Origin: Acholeplasma sp.
GTDB taxonomy: Bacteria; Bacillota_I; Bacilli_A; ML615J-28; CAG-698
Direction: 5' to 3'
Assembly: GCA_012838635.1 (NCBI GenBank)
Contig: DUOW01000005.1
Span: 15,555 to 79,554, forward strand
DNA: 64,000 bases
In this document: piece after piece, positions 9,862 through 18,786 of the stretch
Numbering within the stretch: the first letter of the stretch is position 1
Layout: the number at the start of each line of letters is the position of its first letter
The notes under the pieces: model-generated
The model's input: only the letters and a program-made list of their open reading frames with translations
Databases searched by the model: none
What the model was told of the DNA's origin: nothing
Program-made: the position numbers and the translations under genes

Positions 9862-11250
9862 ATGAATGTTATTCAAATTGTAGCATTAGTACTCTTTTTA
9901 ATCATGTATGTATTAATGCTAGTATTCAGTGAAAAAAGACCTTATATCACTAGTGGTGCCGCAATAATTTTTATTGTCTTAATGGTAATAAATTTTATTG
10001 TTTATCAAGATAATAGTTTTGGAGAGGCGTTAGGCGCTACAGCAAAAACTGCTTTTACAGATTTAAGTTCTTGGAACGTGCTACTAATGATAGCAGGTAC
10101 AATGGGAGTTGTGGCACTATTTATTGAGTCAAAGATGCCAAGTTTAATGGCAGATATAATTATTAATAAAGTGCCTAATGTTAAGTGGGCAATGGTTGGT
10201 TTAGCTTTATTTGCAAGTTTAATTTCTGCTTTTATAGATAACGTTGCTACAGTATTAATGGTTGCACCAGTTGCAATGACGGTATGTAAGAAATTGGAAA
10301 TTAATCCGGTGCCTGGTATTATCGCAATTGCGATTTCATCAAACTTACAAGGTGCCGCAACATTAGTAGGTGATACTACTTCGATTCTATTAGGACAAGA
10401 AACAGGAATGAACTTTGTAGATTTCTTCTGGTTAAACGGAAGACCTAACCTTTTCTTCATTGTTCAAGCAGGAGCACTTACATCAGCATTTGTTTTACTA
10501 TTTATCTTTAGGAAATATACTCAACCTTTAGAACAAGTAGAAAAAACTAAAGTTACTGATTATTTTCCATCATTCTTATTATTAGGAATTATCGTATGTT
10601 TGATTATTGCTTCATTCTTTACTATCCCAGTTCCTTGGTTAGATAGTTTAAAGAATGGTATTATCTGTATTACTATTTTCCTTATCGGCTTTATTAGAAA
10701 ACTTATTAAAACAAAAGAAAGCAAAAAAGAAGTTACTAAAGAAGCTGTTAAATCATTAGATTTTGAAACATTAATTTTACTATTTGGTTTATTTATCGTA
10801 ATTGGTGGTTTAGGAGCTTTAGGCATTATTGGTAAAATTGGTGATGCATTTAATAATATTGCTCATTCTCTAAATATGAGCCCTAATGCAACAATCTTTG
10901 TTTTATATACAATGATTGTGTTTGTTTCAGTAATCATTTCGTCGTTTGTAGATAACATTCCTTATGTTATGACAATGTTACCTGTAATTACTGCCCTACT
11001 TCCAGGCTTAGGTTTAGCCCCTGGAGATAACAAAGCATATCTATTATACTTTGGTTTATTAATTGGAGCTACATTAGGCGGTAACTTAACACCAGTTGGG
11101 GCAAGTGCAAATATTACTGGTATTGGTATGTTACGTAAAGAAGGATATGAAGTTAAAACAAGTACTTTTATGAAGATTAGTGTTCCATTTACTTTAGTTG
11201 CTGTATTTACAGGCTGGGGTCTATGTTATCTAATCTGGGGTATTTGGTAA
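9862..11250 (+). CDS. ArsB/NhaD-superfamily ion permease (putative anion/Na+ transporter)
   Basis: Polytopic membrane protein with an internal repeat topology typical of the ArsB/NhaD/CitMHS group. GGAGG lies 5 nt before the ATG at 9862. The ORF track starts at a GTG at 9850 that has no RBS. Confidence 0.6.
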   Translation: MNVIQIVALVLFLIMYVLMLVFSEKRPYITSGAAIIFIVLMVINFIVYQDNSFGEALGATAKTAFTDLSSWNVLLMIAGTMGVVALFIESKMPSLMADIIINKVPNVKWAMVGLALFASLISAFIDNVATVLMVAPVAMTVCKKLEINPVPGIIAIAISSNLQGAATLVGDTTSILLGQETGMNFVDFFWLNGRPNLFFIVQAGALTSAFVLLFIFRKYTQPLEQVEKTKVTDYFPSFLLLGIIVCLIIASFFTIPVPWLDSLKNGIICITIFLIGFIRKLIKTKESKKEVTKEAVKSLDFETLILLFGLFIVIGGLGALGIIGKIGDAFNNIAHSLNMSPNATIFVLYTMIVFVSVIISSFVDNIPYVMTMLPVITALLPGLGLAPGDNKAYLLYFGLLIGATLGGNLTPVGASANITGIGMLRKEGYEVKTSTFMKISVPFTLVAVFTGWGLCYLIWGIW

Positions 11251-11265
11251 AATATAAATATCTAA

Positions 11266-11295
11266 AAGCTTAAGGATTTACCTTAAGCTTTTTTA
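11266..11295 (+). terminator. rho-independent terminator
   Basis: AAGCTTAAGG-attta-CCTTAAGCTT followed by TTTTTT. Confidence 0.8.
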
Positions 11296-11331
11296 TTTGC
11301 TATAATTTTACAATGCCTATAAAGTCCTAAA

Positions 11332-11360
11332 TTGACAAATACTCATCATCGTGTTATAAT
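11332..11360 (+). promoter_or_regulatory. consensus sigma-A promoter for ktrB-ktrA (TTGACA-17-TATAAT, TG-extended)
   Basis: TTGACA at 11332-11337, a 17-nt spacer, and TGTTATAAT ending at 11360. Confidence 0.7.
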
Positions 11361-11385
11361 ATTTATCATAAAAGAGGATAAAATA

Positions 11386-12714
11386 ATGGAAAAGAAAAAG
11401 AAAATTTCACCATTTTTAATAATTATAATTAGTTTTGTGGCAATAATATTTATTGGTACGATTCTTTTATTACTACCTTTTGCCACAAAAGAAGGAATTA
11501 AACTGAAGTTTATAGATGCTTTATTTATGTCTACTTCCTCTGTTTGTGTGACAGGGTTAACATCAACTACTACTTCTATTTATGACACATTTACTTTGTT
11601 TGGTCAAATAGTAATCTATGTCTTAATTGAAATTGGTGGTTTAGGATTTGTGAATATCTCAATGTTTGTCTTATACCTTTTGGGATTAAGAATCAATCAA
11701 GCTGACCGCTTTTTATTAAGAGAAGTCTTAAACTTAGACTCAACTAGAGGAATTTTAAAACTACTTAGAGCTACTTTCTTAATTAGTTTTCTTTTCCAAC
11801 TATTAGGGGCAATTGTGAATTTCTTGATTTTTAGAAATGATTTCCCTCTTGGTAGAGCAATTTGGATTAGTATTTTCCATGCTGGATCAGCTTTCAATAA
11901 TGGCGGTTTAGATGTTATAGGTAGTGAATCATTAATGGCTTATAAAGACCATCTCCTTCTAAACTTAAACACAATGGCTTTAATTATCTTAGGTGGTATT
12001 GGTTTTATCGTAATCTATGAGATCTTCTTATATCCTAAAACAAAAAAACTATCTATTCATACAAAAATCGTTTTGAAAATGACTTTATTATTACTAGTGT
12101 TAGGTACTGTTTTATTAAAAATTACTGAAGGAAGTGGTATGACTTGGCTTCAAGCAGCCTTTCAAAGTGCTACCGCTAGAACTGCAGGATTTAGTACTTA
12201 TGACTTTACAAAAATTTCTCTTCCTGGTGCTTTAATCTTTTGTGCTTTAATGTATATTGGAGCATCACCTGCAGGTACTGGAGGCGGTATTAAAACAACT
12301 ACTTTCTTCACTGCTACAAAATACATTGGTGCTTTTGCGAAAGGTACAAGACCTATTACTCACAAAAGAGAAATCTCAAAAGATTCTATTTCTAAAGCTT
12401 TTGTTTTGATTGTTCTTTCAATCGCGTATCTTACTACTATTGTGTTCTTTATCTCGATTATTGAAGAATTAAATACCTCAAGTGATACAAATTTAATCAA
12501 AATTATGTTTGAAACACTATCTGCTTTATCTACTGTAGGTAACTCCGAAGGTATTACCCCTACACTACATTGGTTAAGCAAAATCCTTATTTCAGCTTCA
12601 ATGTTGATTGGTCGTTTAGGCCCAATTACAATTATCAGTTTATTAAATAAACGTTGGAACAAAGAAGGTACAGATCCTGTAACTTATTTAGAAGAAAAAA
12701 TCATTATTGGTTAG
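11386..12714 (+). CDS. ktrB: TrkH/KtrB family potassium uptake membrane subunit
   Basis: Multiple selectivity-filter-like motifs (GLT, GFS, GTGGG). AAGAGGA RBS before the ATG at 11386. The ORF track's 5' extension to 11332 lacks an RBS. Confidence 0.85.
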   Translation: MEKKKKISPFLIIIISFVAIIFIGTILLLLPFATKEGIKLKFIDALFMSTSSVCVTGLTSTTTSIYDTFTLFGQIVIYVLIEIGGLGFVNISMFVLYLLGLRINQADRFLLREVLNLDSTRGILKLLRATFLISFLFQLLGAIVNFLIFRNDFPLGRAIWISIFHAGSAFNNGGLDVIGSESLMAYKDHLLLNLNTMALIILGGIGFIVIYEIFLYPKTKKLSIHTKIVLKMTLLLLVLGTVLLKITEGSGMTWLQAAFQSATARTAGFSTYDFTKISLPGALIFCALMYIGASPAGTGGGIKTTTFFTATKYIGAFAKGTRPITHKREISKDSISKAFVLIVLSIAYLTTIVFFISIIEELNTSSDTNLIKIMFETLSALSTVGNSEGITPTLHWLSKILISASMLIGRLGPITIISLLNKRWNKEGTDPVTYLEEKIIIG

Positions 12715-12725
12715 GAGATATAAAA

Positions 12726-13388
12726 ATGAAAAAAACTATTGCTGTTTTAGGTTTAGGCCGTTTTGGCTTGGGCTTAGTACAAGAATTAAACAAATTAAAT
12801 GTAGATATTATCGCTATTGACATCAATGGTGCTAATGTCCAAAAAGCAGGTGAGTTTGTAGAGAATGCTTTTATTTGCGACTCTACAGACGAAGATGCTT
12901 TAAGAGAAATTGGAATTGAAAATGTAGACCATGCAGTTGTTGCTTTTGGCTCTAATTTTCAAGCAAGCCTAATTACTGTAATCACTCTAAAAGAAATGGG
13001 GGTAGAAAAAATAACAGTAAGAATTGATGATGAAAAATACGCTTCTGTTATGCAAAGAATTGGTGCAACAGATATCATCGTTCCCCAAAAAATTGCTGGT
13101 ATCCAACTTGCAAACAAACTTGTTTCTGATAGCTTTACAAACTACTTCAATTTATCAGAAGATTATGTTGTTGTTCAATTATCAGTAAACATGACAATTC
13201 AACCAATTAACCTTAAAACATTAAACTCAAGAAATGTTTTTGGAATTAACTTACTTTTAATCAAAAGAGAAAACAAATACTTCTCGCCTACAGGCGATGA
13301 CTCAATTCTACCGGGTGATGAAATCTTTGTTTTAGGTACGAAGAAAAACATCCATAAGTTTGATGAATACATTAATGAAAGGGTATAA
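12726..13388 (+). CDS. ktrA: TrkA/KtrA potassium uptake regulatory subunit (RCK_N + RCK_C)
   Basis: IAVLGLGRFG Rossmann motif. Start at 12726 after GGAGA. The C-terminal RCK_C domain is the known c-di-AMP binding module in KtrA homologs. Confidence 0.85.
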   Translation: MKKTIAVLGLGRFGLGLVQELNKLNVDIIAIDINGANVQKAGEFVENAFICDSTDEDALREIGIENVDHAVVAFGSNFQASLITVITLKEMGVEKITVRIDDEKYASVMQRIGATDIIVPQKIAGIQLANKLVSDSFTNYFNLSEDYVVVQLSVNMTIQPINLKTLNSRNVFGINLLLIKRENKYFSPTGDDSILPGDEIFVLGTKKNIHKFDEYINERV

Positions 13389-13389
13389 T

Positions 13390-13830
13390 ATGAAAAAAGT
13401 ATTGCTAATTGTTATTCTATTGTTTAGTATGTCTTTACTAACTTCGTGCTCAAAAGATAAAAAAACTTATACTTGCTTTGAATATACTGACTCAACAAAA
13501 CTAAAAGGTATAGAACAATTTACAACTGTTGATATGCTTAAAGATACATATAAAGAAATCAAGTTAGTTTTAAATTACAAAGATCATACTTTTATCAGAA
13601 CTGGTAAATTTAAAGAAGATATTGCTGATGAAGTACATACAGGTACTTTTATAGAAGAAGAAAACAAATTAATCTTTAGCTACGATAATGCTTTAAAACA
13701 ACATTTTGAAACTGAATGGGGTAAAGAAGAATATGTTTTTGTAGGGAAAGAATTACATATGAGACTTGAAAGAGGAACAACAGCACCATCTGGAAATGTT
13801 TATGGTCCTCTTGTAATGAAGTATAAATAA
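13390..13830 (+). CDS. hypothetical lipoprotein
   Basis: Signal peptide MKKVLLIVILLFSMSLLTSC matching a lipobox. Confidence 0.6.
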   Translation: MKKVLLIVILLFSMSLLTSCSKDKKTYTCFEYTDSTKLKGIEQFTTVDMLKDTYKEIKLVLNYKDHTFIRTGKFKEDIADEVHTGTFIEEENKLIFSYDNALKQHFETEWGKEEYVFVGKELHMRLERGTTAPSGNVYGPLVMKYK

Positions 13831-13840
13831 CTAAAATAAA

Positions 13841-13869
13841 AACACATTAGATAAACTAATGTGTTTTTT
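13841..13869. terminator. bidirectional rho-independent terminator
   Basis: AACACATTAG-ataaa-CTAATGTGTT flanked by A-runs and T-runs. Lies between convergent genes. Confidence 0.8.
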
Positions 13870-14623
13870 GTTCTTCTATTTCATCTATTACTTCCAAAGT
13901 TTCAACTTCAGTAAATTTATGTACAAATGGTGATATTCTCTTATATACTAAGAAAGTAATTAGATTAATTGTTACTGATAAAATCGTATTAAATGGTAGT
14001 GCCGCAAAAAGTAAATACTTACCCATATAATTATTTTCATTTACTCCAGGAATCACACTAATCACTTTAATAAAATTCTCTACCTCACCATTAAAGAATA
14101 ACTTGATATATGTTGGGATAATTAAAAGATAATTAATTAATACAGCTGTTGCTACCCAAGCAACATTACTTACAACAAGAGCGATCATCGCTCCTTTTTT
14201 TGTTTTATAGTGTTGATAGATAATAGAAGCAGGAACAACTGTCACTAAGCCAATAATTAAATCAGCAATCTCTCCTACATATACTGAATCAGTTGTCAAA
14301 ATTCCAAACAAAAATCTTAACAATAACATCGCAACACCCGCAATTGGTCCTAATGTAAATCCACCAATAATAATCGGCAAGTTAGAAAAATGAATTTTCA
14401 AAAAAGGGGGAAAGAAAGGTAAAGGAAAATTAATCTTATATGCTACAACAGAAAAAGCACTAAAGATAGCAATCAAAATCATTACTTTTAACTCATTCCT
14501 TCTTTTGTTTAAACTATTAACTTTCTTTTCAGATTTTTTGTTTTTAATTAAAGCAAGAACTAATAGTAAAACTAATAATCCTATCGATACACTAATTAAA
14601 ACAATTTTTAAAGTTTCGCTCAT
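13856..14623 (-). CDS. ribU: riboflavin transporter, ECF S component
   Basis: Multi-TM small membrane protein resembling ECF S components. Directly downstream of an FMN riboswitch. GGAGG lies before the ATG at 14623. Confidence 0.75.
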   Translation of the reverse strand: MSETLKIVLISVSIGLLVLLLVLALIKNKKSEKKVNSLNKRRNELKVMILIAIFSAFSVVAYKINFPLPFFPPFLKIHFSNLPIIIGGFTLGPIAGVAMLLLRFLFGILTTDSVYVGEIADLIIGLVTVVPASIIYQHYKTKKGAMIALVVSNVAWVATAVLINYLLIIPTYIKLFFNGEVENFIKVISVIPGVNENNYMGKYLLFAALPFNTILSVTINLITFLVYKRISPFVHKFTEVETLEVIDEIEEQKTH

Positions 14624-14635
14624 ATATGCCTCCAA

Positions 14636-14803
14636 TAAAAAAGCTCGTGAAAATCTCCACGAGCAAAAACAGATCTATTATAATAGATTCTTCTTTCATC
14701 TAGACTGTTACTATCGGTTTTGGAGTTGCACCAAATCATGATTCTAAACGAACCTCGCAGACTTTACTGCCGGTCGGGAATTACACCCTGCCCTGAAGAT
14801 TTA
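14636..14803 (-). promoter_or_regulatory. FMN riboswitch (RFN element) with intrinsic terminator
   Basis: Minus strand reads CTTCAGGGCAGGGTGTAATTCCCGACCGGCAGTAAAGTCTGCGAGG ... ACAGTCTAGATGAAAGAAG, matching the conserved RFN core. Followed by the hairpin GCTCGTGGAGATTTTCACGAGC and TTTTTT (14636-14666). Confidence 0.9.
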
Positions 14804-14815
14804 TTAAGATAGTCT

Positions 14816-14843
14816 ATTATATCCTATTTATTGTTATTTGTCA
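14816..14843 (-). promoter_or_regulatory. consensus sigma-A promoter for the FMN riboswitch-ribU transcript
   Basis: Reverse complement reads TTGACA (14838-14843), a 17-nt spacer, then TATAAT (14816-14821). Overlaps the 3' end of the ABC permease gene. Confidence 0.7.
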
Positions 14844-16066
14844 AATATAATTCTTTCACTTCTAAATGCTCTAACTAGTAACATAACAATGATACCAATA
14901 AAAACAATTGATGAACCGACAGTTGCAAGAACACCACCAACTGTCAATTTAAATGAAATTAAATCTGATAATAAAACATTTAAATTAAAGATAGGAACAA
15001 AATATTTTCCAAAGCCTAAGCCTAAATCAGTTGTTGATGAGGCAACTCCTAGCATAATACAAACGATATACAAAGGCATTGCATAACCTGAAGCTTGTTG
15101 TGGATTCTTTCCTAATGTAGAACAAATTAAAACTAAAATTGAAACAGTGAAAGCTATAACAATTAGAATTAATAATAACATCATATAGTCACCAAAACCA
15201 TATCCAAGTTCTGCTGTTAAATCAATACCAAACATATTTTCTCCACCTACAAGCGTACTTGCTAACATTCCTATAAATGAAGATGCAGCTACAAGTAAAG
15301 ATAAGATACTTGTTGATAACGTTTTACCTATAATAATTTGCTCTCTACGAACTGGCATCATTAATAATGATGCTAATGTTCCTCTTTCTTTTTCACCAGC
15401 AATCGCATCAACACCAATACCTAATGTACCAGAGAAGATAATAATCATTAACATCATTGGTAACATCATCGCTAATACCATTATATTTTGACTAACTTCA
15501 TCTAAAATACTTTCCATTTGGTAAGTAAAGATTTCAGTTGTTTTACCTACACTACCTAACTCTTGATTAACTAAAAAGTTTTTATAAGCAGCGATGAAAT
15601 AATATAAAGATTGAGCTGTTGGAGTTAAAAACTCATTTTGATTATTATATAGTATCTTAACATTTGGTAAATCTTCTGGTGCTGTTTCATTAGTAACAGC
15701 TGTTGCTTTTTCATAAAAACCTTGATCAAAAACAATCATAATATAGTGTTCATCTTCTTTCATTTTTGCTTCTAATTCAGGTCTTGTATATTCATAATCA
15801 GAATAAACAAATTTAACTGTAGAATCTAAGACTTTATTTTGTGATCCCGAAACTTGAAATTCTTCAAATCCTGCTGGAGCATCATAAACATAAACAATCT
15901 TCTCTTTTTCTTGTTCTTTATCAATTTGTCTATTAATAATTACCGAAATTGTTGTATACACTAAAAAGAAAATTAACCCTGGAAGTAAGATCGTAGTAAA
16001 TAAAGTTCCCGGAAACTTAAGAACTTTGTCTAAATCTTTTTTAGCTATTGCCCAAGTTTTTTTCAT
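14834..16066 (-). CDS. ABC-2 family transporter permease
   Basis: 410 aa. An N-terminal TM, a large extracytoplasmic domain, then a 5-6 TM bundle. Overlaps the ATPase gene by 4 nt. Confidence 0.7.
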   Translation of the reverse strand: MKKTWAIAKKDLDKVLKFPGTLFTTILLPGLIFFLVYTTISVIINRQIDKEQEKEKIVYVYDAPAGFEEFQVSGSQNKVLDSTVKFVYSDYEYTRPELEAKMKEDEHYIMIVFDQGFYEKATAVTNETAPEDLPNVKILYNNQNEFLTPTAQSLYYFIAAYKNFLVNQELGSVGKTTEIFTYQMESILDEVSQNIMVLAMMLPMMLMIIIFSGTLGIGVDAIAGEKERGTLASLLMMPVRREQIIIGKTLSTSILSLLVAASSFIGMLASTLVGGENMFGIDLTAELGYGFGDYMMLLLILIVIAFTVSILVLICSTLGKNPQQASGYAMPLYIVCIMLGVASSTTDLGLGFGKYFVPIFNLNVLLSDLISFKLTVGGVLATVGSSIVFIGIIVMLLVRAFRSERIIFDK

Positions 16067-16839
16067 TTTGTTCCTTCCTCCTTATATAATCTAATAAATA
16101 CGTCTTCAAGATCACGTGAAGGAACAGAGTTCATAACATTCTCTACCGTATCGCAAACAACAAGTTTTCCATTAAATATTAACCCTACACGATCACATAA
16201 TTTTTCTACAAGACTCATAATATGAGTACTGATAATTATTGATTTACCTTGCTCTTTTAGTTCTAATAAATAGTCAGTAACAATTTTAGCTGTGTAAACA
16301 TCTAACCCATTAGTAGGTTCATCAAAAACAATAATTTCTGGTTGATGAACTAAGCTAATCGCAACCGAAACTTTTTGTTTCATACCCGTAGATAAATCAC
16401 CAATTTTAGTATCACTAAATTCTCCAATTTCAAAACGAGTAAATAAGTCTTCTTTTCTAGCTGCTGCTACATCTTTTGGTACATCATGTAAGTTAGAATA
16501 ATAATCAAACAAATAGTTTGGAGTAAACTTATCTTCTAGCTTTAATTCGCTTGTTAGAAAAGCCAACTTTTTCTTAATTTTAATTTCTTCAGAAATATCA
16601 ATTCCTTTAATTGTAATTTTACCAGAATCTGGTTTAATTAAAGTTGAAATACAACGAAGAGCTGTTGTCTTTCCGGCTCCGTTAGGACCAACAAGACCAA
16701 AGATTTCCCCTTCATAAGTTGTAAAACTTATGTCGTTTACTGCTATTTTTTTCTTGTCTTTTGTTTTTAAAGTTTTCATTTGTTTCGCAGAAAGCTTAAA
16801 CGATTTAACGAGATTCTCAACAACAATTACTTCTTTCAT
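16063..16839 (-). CDS. ABC transporter ATP-binding protein
   Basis: Walker A GPNGAGKTT, signature LSTGMKQK and a Walker B IIVFDEPT. The ATG at 16839 overlaps the miaB TGA as ATGA, and AAGGAGA lies upstream. Confidence 0.85.
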   Translation of the reverse strand: MKEVIVVENLVKSFKLSAKQMKTLKTKDKKKIAVNDISFTTYEGEIFGLVGPNGAGKTTALRCISTLIKPDSGKITIKGIDISEEIKIKKKLAFLTSELKLEDKFTPNYLFDYYSNLHDVPKDVAAARKEDLFTRFEIGEFSDTKIGDLSTGMKQKVSVAISLVHQPEIIVFDEPTNGLDVYTAKIVTDYLLELKEQGKSIIISTHIMSLVEKLCDRVGLIFNGKLVVCDTVENVMNSVPSRDLEDVFIRLYKEEGTK

Positions 16840-18266
16840 TCTTTTAATTCTCCTTTCAAATGCCAAGTGTATGCTTTTGTTATCTTAACTTCCACAATCT
16901 TTCCTATTAAAGATTCATCTCCATTAAAATTAACTAATTTATTATGTTCTGTATAACCAGATAATTTATCTTCATCTTTATCACTAAAGCTGTCAACTAA
17001 TACTTTCACAACTTTATTTTCAAATCTCTTATTTCCTTTTAAGAACCCTTTATTAATTTCTTCATTTAATTTGTAAAGTCTTTCTTTTGCCTCTTCTTCC
17101 AAAATATTACTTTCATATTTAAAAGCTGGAGTTCCTTCTCTTTTGGAAAAGATAAAAGTATATGCCCCTTCAAAATCAGCTTCTTTTACTAAAGATAAAG
17201 TCTCCAAATAATCTTCTTCTGTTTCACTTGGAAAGGCAACGATAATATCAGTAGTTAAAGAGATACCAGGAACATGCTCTCTTAATTTTGTAACCTTTTC
17301 TAAATAGATTTCCCTAGTATACTTACGATTCATCTTCTTTAAAACAGCATTACTTCCAGACTGAACAGGTAAATGTAAGTGAGGCATAATGTTATCATAT
17401 TTACCCATAACTTCAATTGTTCTTAAATCTAAATCACGAGGATGAGATGTTGTAAATCTAATTCTTGGAATCTTTGTTTGCGCAATCGCTTCAAGTAAAT
17501 CTCCAAAACCAAAATCACCATCATGATAAGCATTTACGTTTTGTCCTAGTAAAGTAACTTCCTTATATCCTGCTTTTACTAAAGCATTTATCTCATTTAA
17601 GATATCTTCTTTTCTTCTTGATCTTTCTTTTCCCCTTGTATAAGGAACGATACAATATGTACAAAACTCATCACAGCCATACATAATATCAACCCAAGCT
17701 TTAATTTTATGATCTCTTACCTTAGGCATTCCCTCAACAACATCACCTTCAACCGAAAAAACTTCAAGAACTTTTTCTTTGTTTTTGAAGATTCTCTTTA
17801 GATATTGTGGCAAATGATTGATATTGTGTGTTCCAAAAATTAAATCAATTTCTGGATGTTTTGCTTTTAAAGTATTGATTGTTGCTTCTTCTTGCGGCAT
17901 GCAGCCACACATCCCAATTATTAAATTATGATTTGTTTTCTTTAAACTTTTAATTCTTCCAATTTCCCCAAAAGCACGATCTTCTGCTGTTTTTCTCACA
18001 GCACAAGTGTTTAATAAAATTAAGTCTGCTTCTTTTTCTTCCTCTGTTTCTGTAAAATCTAAAGCATTTAAAATCCCTCTGATTTTTTCACTATCTGATA
18101 AATTTGCTTGACAACCAAAAGTTTTAAGTAAATAGGTTTTCCCCCTCCCAATACCTAATTCTTCAACAGCAAATTCGAATTTAGAATATTCAGTTTCATC
18201 TTTAGTTCTTTTACGAGCACAGTTTAGAGATGGTTCAATATAGTTTTTCTCTAGACGATTTTTCAT
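16836..18266 (-). CDS. miaB: tRNA-i6A37 methylthiotransferase (radical SAM, MiaB-type)
   Basis: TFGCQAN in the MTTase N-domain, a radical SAM CxxxCxxC (CDEFCTYC) and a C-terminal TRAM domain. The N-terminal extension resembles B. subtilis MiaB (YIEPSL..ARKR..E.EY). Stop codon is TGA. Confidence 0.75.
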   Translation of the reverse strand: MKNRLEKNYIEPSLNCARKRTKDETEYSKFEFAVEELGIGRGKTYLLKTFGCQANLSDSEKIRGILNALDFTETEEEKEADLILLNTCAVRKTAEDRAFGEIGRIKSLKKTNHNLIIGMCGCMPQEEATINTLKAKHPEIDLIFGTHNINHLPQYLKRIFKNKEKVLEVFSVEGDVVEGMPKVRDHKIKAWVDIMYGCDEFCTYCIVPYTRGKERSRRKEDILNEINALVKAGYKEVTLLGQNVNAYHDGDFGFGDLLEAIAQTKIPRIRFTTSHPRDLDLRTIEVMGKYDNIMPHLHLPVQSGSNAVLKKMNRKYTREIYLEKVTKLREHVPGISLTTDIIVAFPSETEEDYLETLSLVKEADFEGAYTFIFSKREGTPAFKYESNILEEEAKERLYKLNEEINKGFLKGNKRFENKVVKVLVDSFSDKDEDKLSGYTEHNKLVNFNGDESLIGKIVEVKITKAYTWHLKGELKE

Positions 18267-18272
18267 ATCTAG

Positions 18273-18305
18273 ATTATATCATAAAGGATATAACTTAACA
18301 AGACA
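18273..18305 (-). promoter_or_regulatory. promoter with extended -10 (TGATATAAT) ending about 6 nt before the miaB ATG (leaderless-type)
   Basis: Reverse complement reads TTGTCT..TATGATATAAT-ctagat-ATG. No SD sequence. An in-frame stop lies 15 nt upstream of the ATG. Confidence 0.5.
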
Positions 18306-18340
18306 AATAATGTAAAAGTTTTGTATGTTTTTTCATCAAA

Positions 18341-18368
18341 ACAATAAAAAATAAGAGGCAAGCCTCTT
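18341..18368 (-). terminator. rho-independent terminator of the antiporter-PII operon
   Basis: AAGAGGCAAGCCTCTT hairpin with a U-tract on the minus strand. Confidence 0.7.
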
Positions 18369-18415
18369 ATTTTATTTTCAAATATTTTCTTTAATCACCT
18401 ATTTAAAAGGTAGGT

Positions 18416-18775
18416 CTATTTTGGTTTTTTAGGTGATAAAGGATAAATTCCTGAAACCGGAACAGTAAACATAAAACCTACAGTTTTTTGTCTCGATCTT
18501 TCAACGATCTTTTTTACTGAAGTAACTACTTTTTCTAAAGTTTCTTCATCCGGTATAACTGTAAAAATAGTTTTAGAATTTTGTTGGATATCTTTTGTTT
18601 CAACTTTAAATAATCCACCACTTAAAAGACCGCCAAGTCCATCTCTTTTAAGAATAGCTGCTGCCATTCCTTCTGAGTCGATAATTGTCGCTCCTCTAAC
18701 TTTTAATGTTACAAACTCTTCTAAAATTTCATCTAGATACACTAAATCGTTTAATACAATAAATAATACGTTCAT
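18416..18775 (-). CDS. small PII-like (GlnB-superfamily fold) protein of unknown function, cotranscribed with the antiporter
   Basis: 119 aa with a beta-alpha-beta-beta-alpha-beta pattern (MNVLFIVL / LVYLDEILEEF / RGATIIDSEGM...). AGGAG RBS. 11-nt gap to the upstream antiporter gene. The fold assignment is from sequence pattern only. Confidence 0.4.
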   Translation of the reverse strand: MNVLFIVLNDLVYLDEILEEFVTLKVRGATIIDSEGMAAAILKRDGLGGLLSGGLFKVETKDIQQNSKTIFTVIPDEETLEKVVTSVKKIVERSRQKTVGFMFTVPVSGIYPLSPKKPK

Positions 18776-18786
18776 AATTTATTCTC

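Noticed and set aside
14505-14741. 78-aa plus-strand ORF spanning the ribU 5' end and the FMN riboswitch
   Set aside because: It overlaps the riboswitch terminator and aptamer on the opposite strand. No RBS. The riboswitch explains the sequence.
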